DNA of 64,000 nt from Candidatus Doudnabacteria bacterium (GTDB lineage: Bacteria > Patescibacteriota > Doudnabacteria > UBA920). Each line of letters starts with the position of its first letter. The stretch's first letter is position 1. Both the position numbers and the translations under genes were made by a program. The stretch is taken from assembly GCA_963837465.1 (NCBI GenBank), contig CAWINB010000004.1, forward strand, positions 586,853 to 650,852, given 5' to 3'. Shown piece by piece: positions 63,552 through 64,000 of the stretch. The notes beneath the pieces were generated by a model. That model had not been told where the DNA came from, made no database searches, and saw nothing but the letters and a program-made list of their open reading frames with translations.

Positions 63552-64000
63552 ATGCTCCAAGATACTATAAAATATCTGCAACAGGATTTTGACGATATAA
63601 TAAAATTTGGCGAAGTTGGTTTTGCTTTGGAAAAACTCTCAATTATAGATGAGCTTTTACAGGAGAATCCGGAGGTTGCGGCTTCGCCGCAAGATAGAAA
63701 CATTTTGGAAGCCATGTCACGTAAACTTGAACTAGTATGCTTGCCGAATCTTGATGACGACAGGTGTTTGGAAGTGCTAAAAAACAATTTGTTTTTGGCC
63801 TTTACTATGCCGGGTTATGATCTAGAAGACAAATTAGCGCAGAAAATAATTTTTAAACAGTACGAAGAATTGGAGATTGAATTTGCTCAAAAGATATTGA
63901 AAGTTTTTAAAGAAAGCAACACTAGAATAGGAAGTGAAAACTTAATTGTAAATGGGAAGGTTTTAGAGCCTAGTTTAAAAAATTGGTTGCTAGATTATGA
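63552..64000 (+). CDS. hypothetical protein, 5' part (continues past window end)
   Basis: ATG at 63552, open frame to window edge, acidic helical composition. Confidence 0.4.
   Translation, partial: MLQDTIKYLQQDFDDIIKFGEVGFALEKLSIIDELLQENPEVAASPQDRNILEAMSRKLELVCLPNLDDDRCLEVLKNNLFLAFTMPGYDLEDKLAQKIIFKQYEELEIEFAQKILKVFKESNTRIGSENLIVNGKVLEPSLKNWLLDY

Noticed and set aside
1-64000. rRNA operon, CRISPR array, prophage integrase, restriction-modification or toxin-antitoxin pairs
   Set aside because: - Scanned both strands for long non-coding structured stretches, spacer-repeat periodicity, tyrosine/serine recombinase motifs and methyltransferase motifs.
- None found apart from the rRNA methyltransferase rsmA, which is housekeeping.

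Overview
This 64-kb window of low-to-moderate GC DNA looks bacterial, from a small or streamlined genome, and is densely coding on both strands with about 67 genes.

Main blocks, start to end:
- Oxidative pentose-phosphate genes (zwf 3' part, short-form gnd) and a GT4 glycosyltransferase.
- A DNA/protein damage-repair neighbourhood: a YgjP-like hydrolase, a frameshifted alkyltransferase-like ATL gene, msrA, a DedA membrane protein, an AlkA-like HhH-GPD glycosylase, msrB and a YdjM-like membrane hydrolase.
- An accessory island bounded by two inverted, paralogous class-II Fic genes. It holds an insertion sequence (IS) with 14-bp terminal inverted repeats and a DDE transposase, a nested-hairpin candidate RNA, a bPH membrane protein, a tandem-Ltp-domain protein, a Cys-rich protein and tRNA-His(GUG) with an encoded G-1.
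- A DEAD-box helicase.
- A three-gene flavinylation module (SGAT-motif FMN-binding protein, ApbE, polytopic membrane protein with an FNR-like domain), divergent from a cyoABCDE quinol-oxidase operon. CyoA carries a Met-rich tail.
- A MarR-controlled MFS/HlyD efflux operon, with one adaptor gene frameshifted, and malic enzyme.
- A split MgtE-N/CBS regulator plus an NRAMP-type transporter, an ABC exporter and a cytidine-deaminase-fold protein.
- A secreted PLD/Nuc nuclease and housekeeping genes (smpB, argS, ileS, recO, pcrA, rsmA).
- Surface and cell-wall proteins (DUF11 repeats, CHAP/LysM), then a terminal cluster of four co-directional secreted or membrane proteins ending in an 1100-aa VirB6/TrbL-like polytopic protein. 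This looks like a possible type IV secretion (T4SS) or surface-appendage locus that runs past the window.

The most unusual feature is a family of four about 27-bp palindromic repeats, (T/C)AGTGTCAAGGGT[C/G]ACCCTTGACACT(A/G). One copy sits in-frame inside the heme O synthase gene, one supplies the stop codon of the alkA-like gene, and two are intergenic.

Other unusual signals:
- Short tandem repeats embedded in-frame in essential genes: a 14-bp repeat (3.5 copies) in ileS and a CCCTAA-like heptamer in rsmA.
- A (GACAGCY)4 repeat in a DUF192 gene.
- A TACGAA/TTCGTA iteron palindrome between pcrA and rsmA.
- A 160-bp long inverted repeat between smpB and the PLD gene.
- A G9 homopolymer in a 570-bp gene-less region.

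No rRNA, CRISPR array or tmRNA was found.
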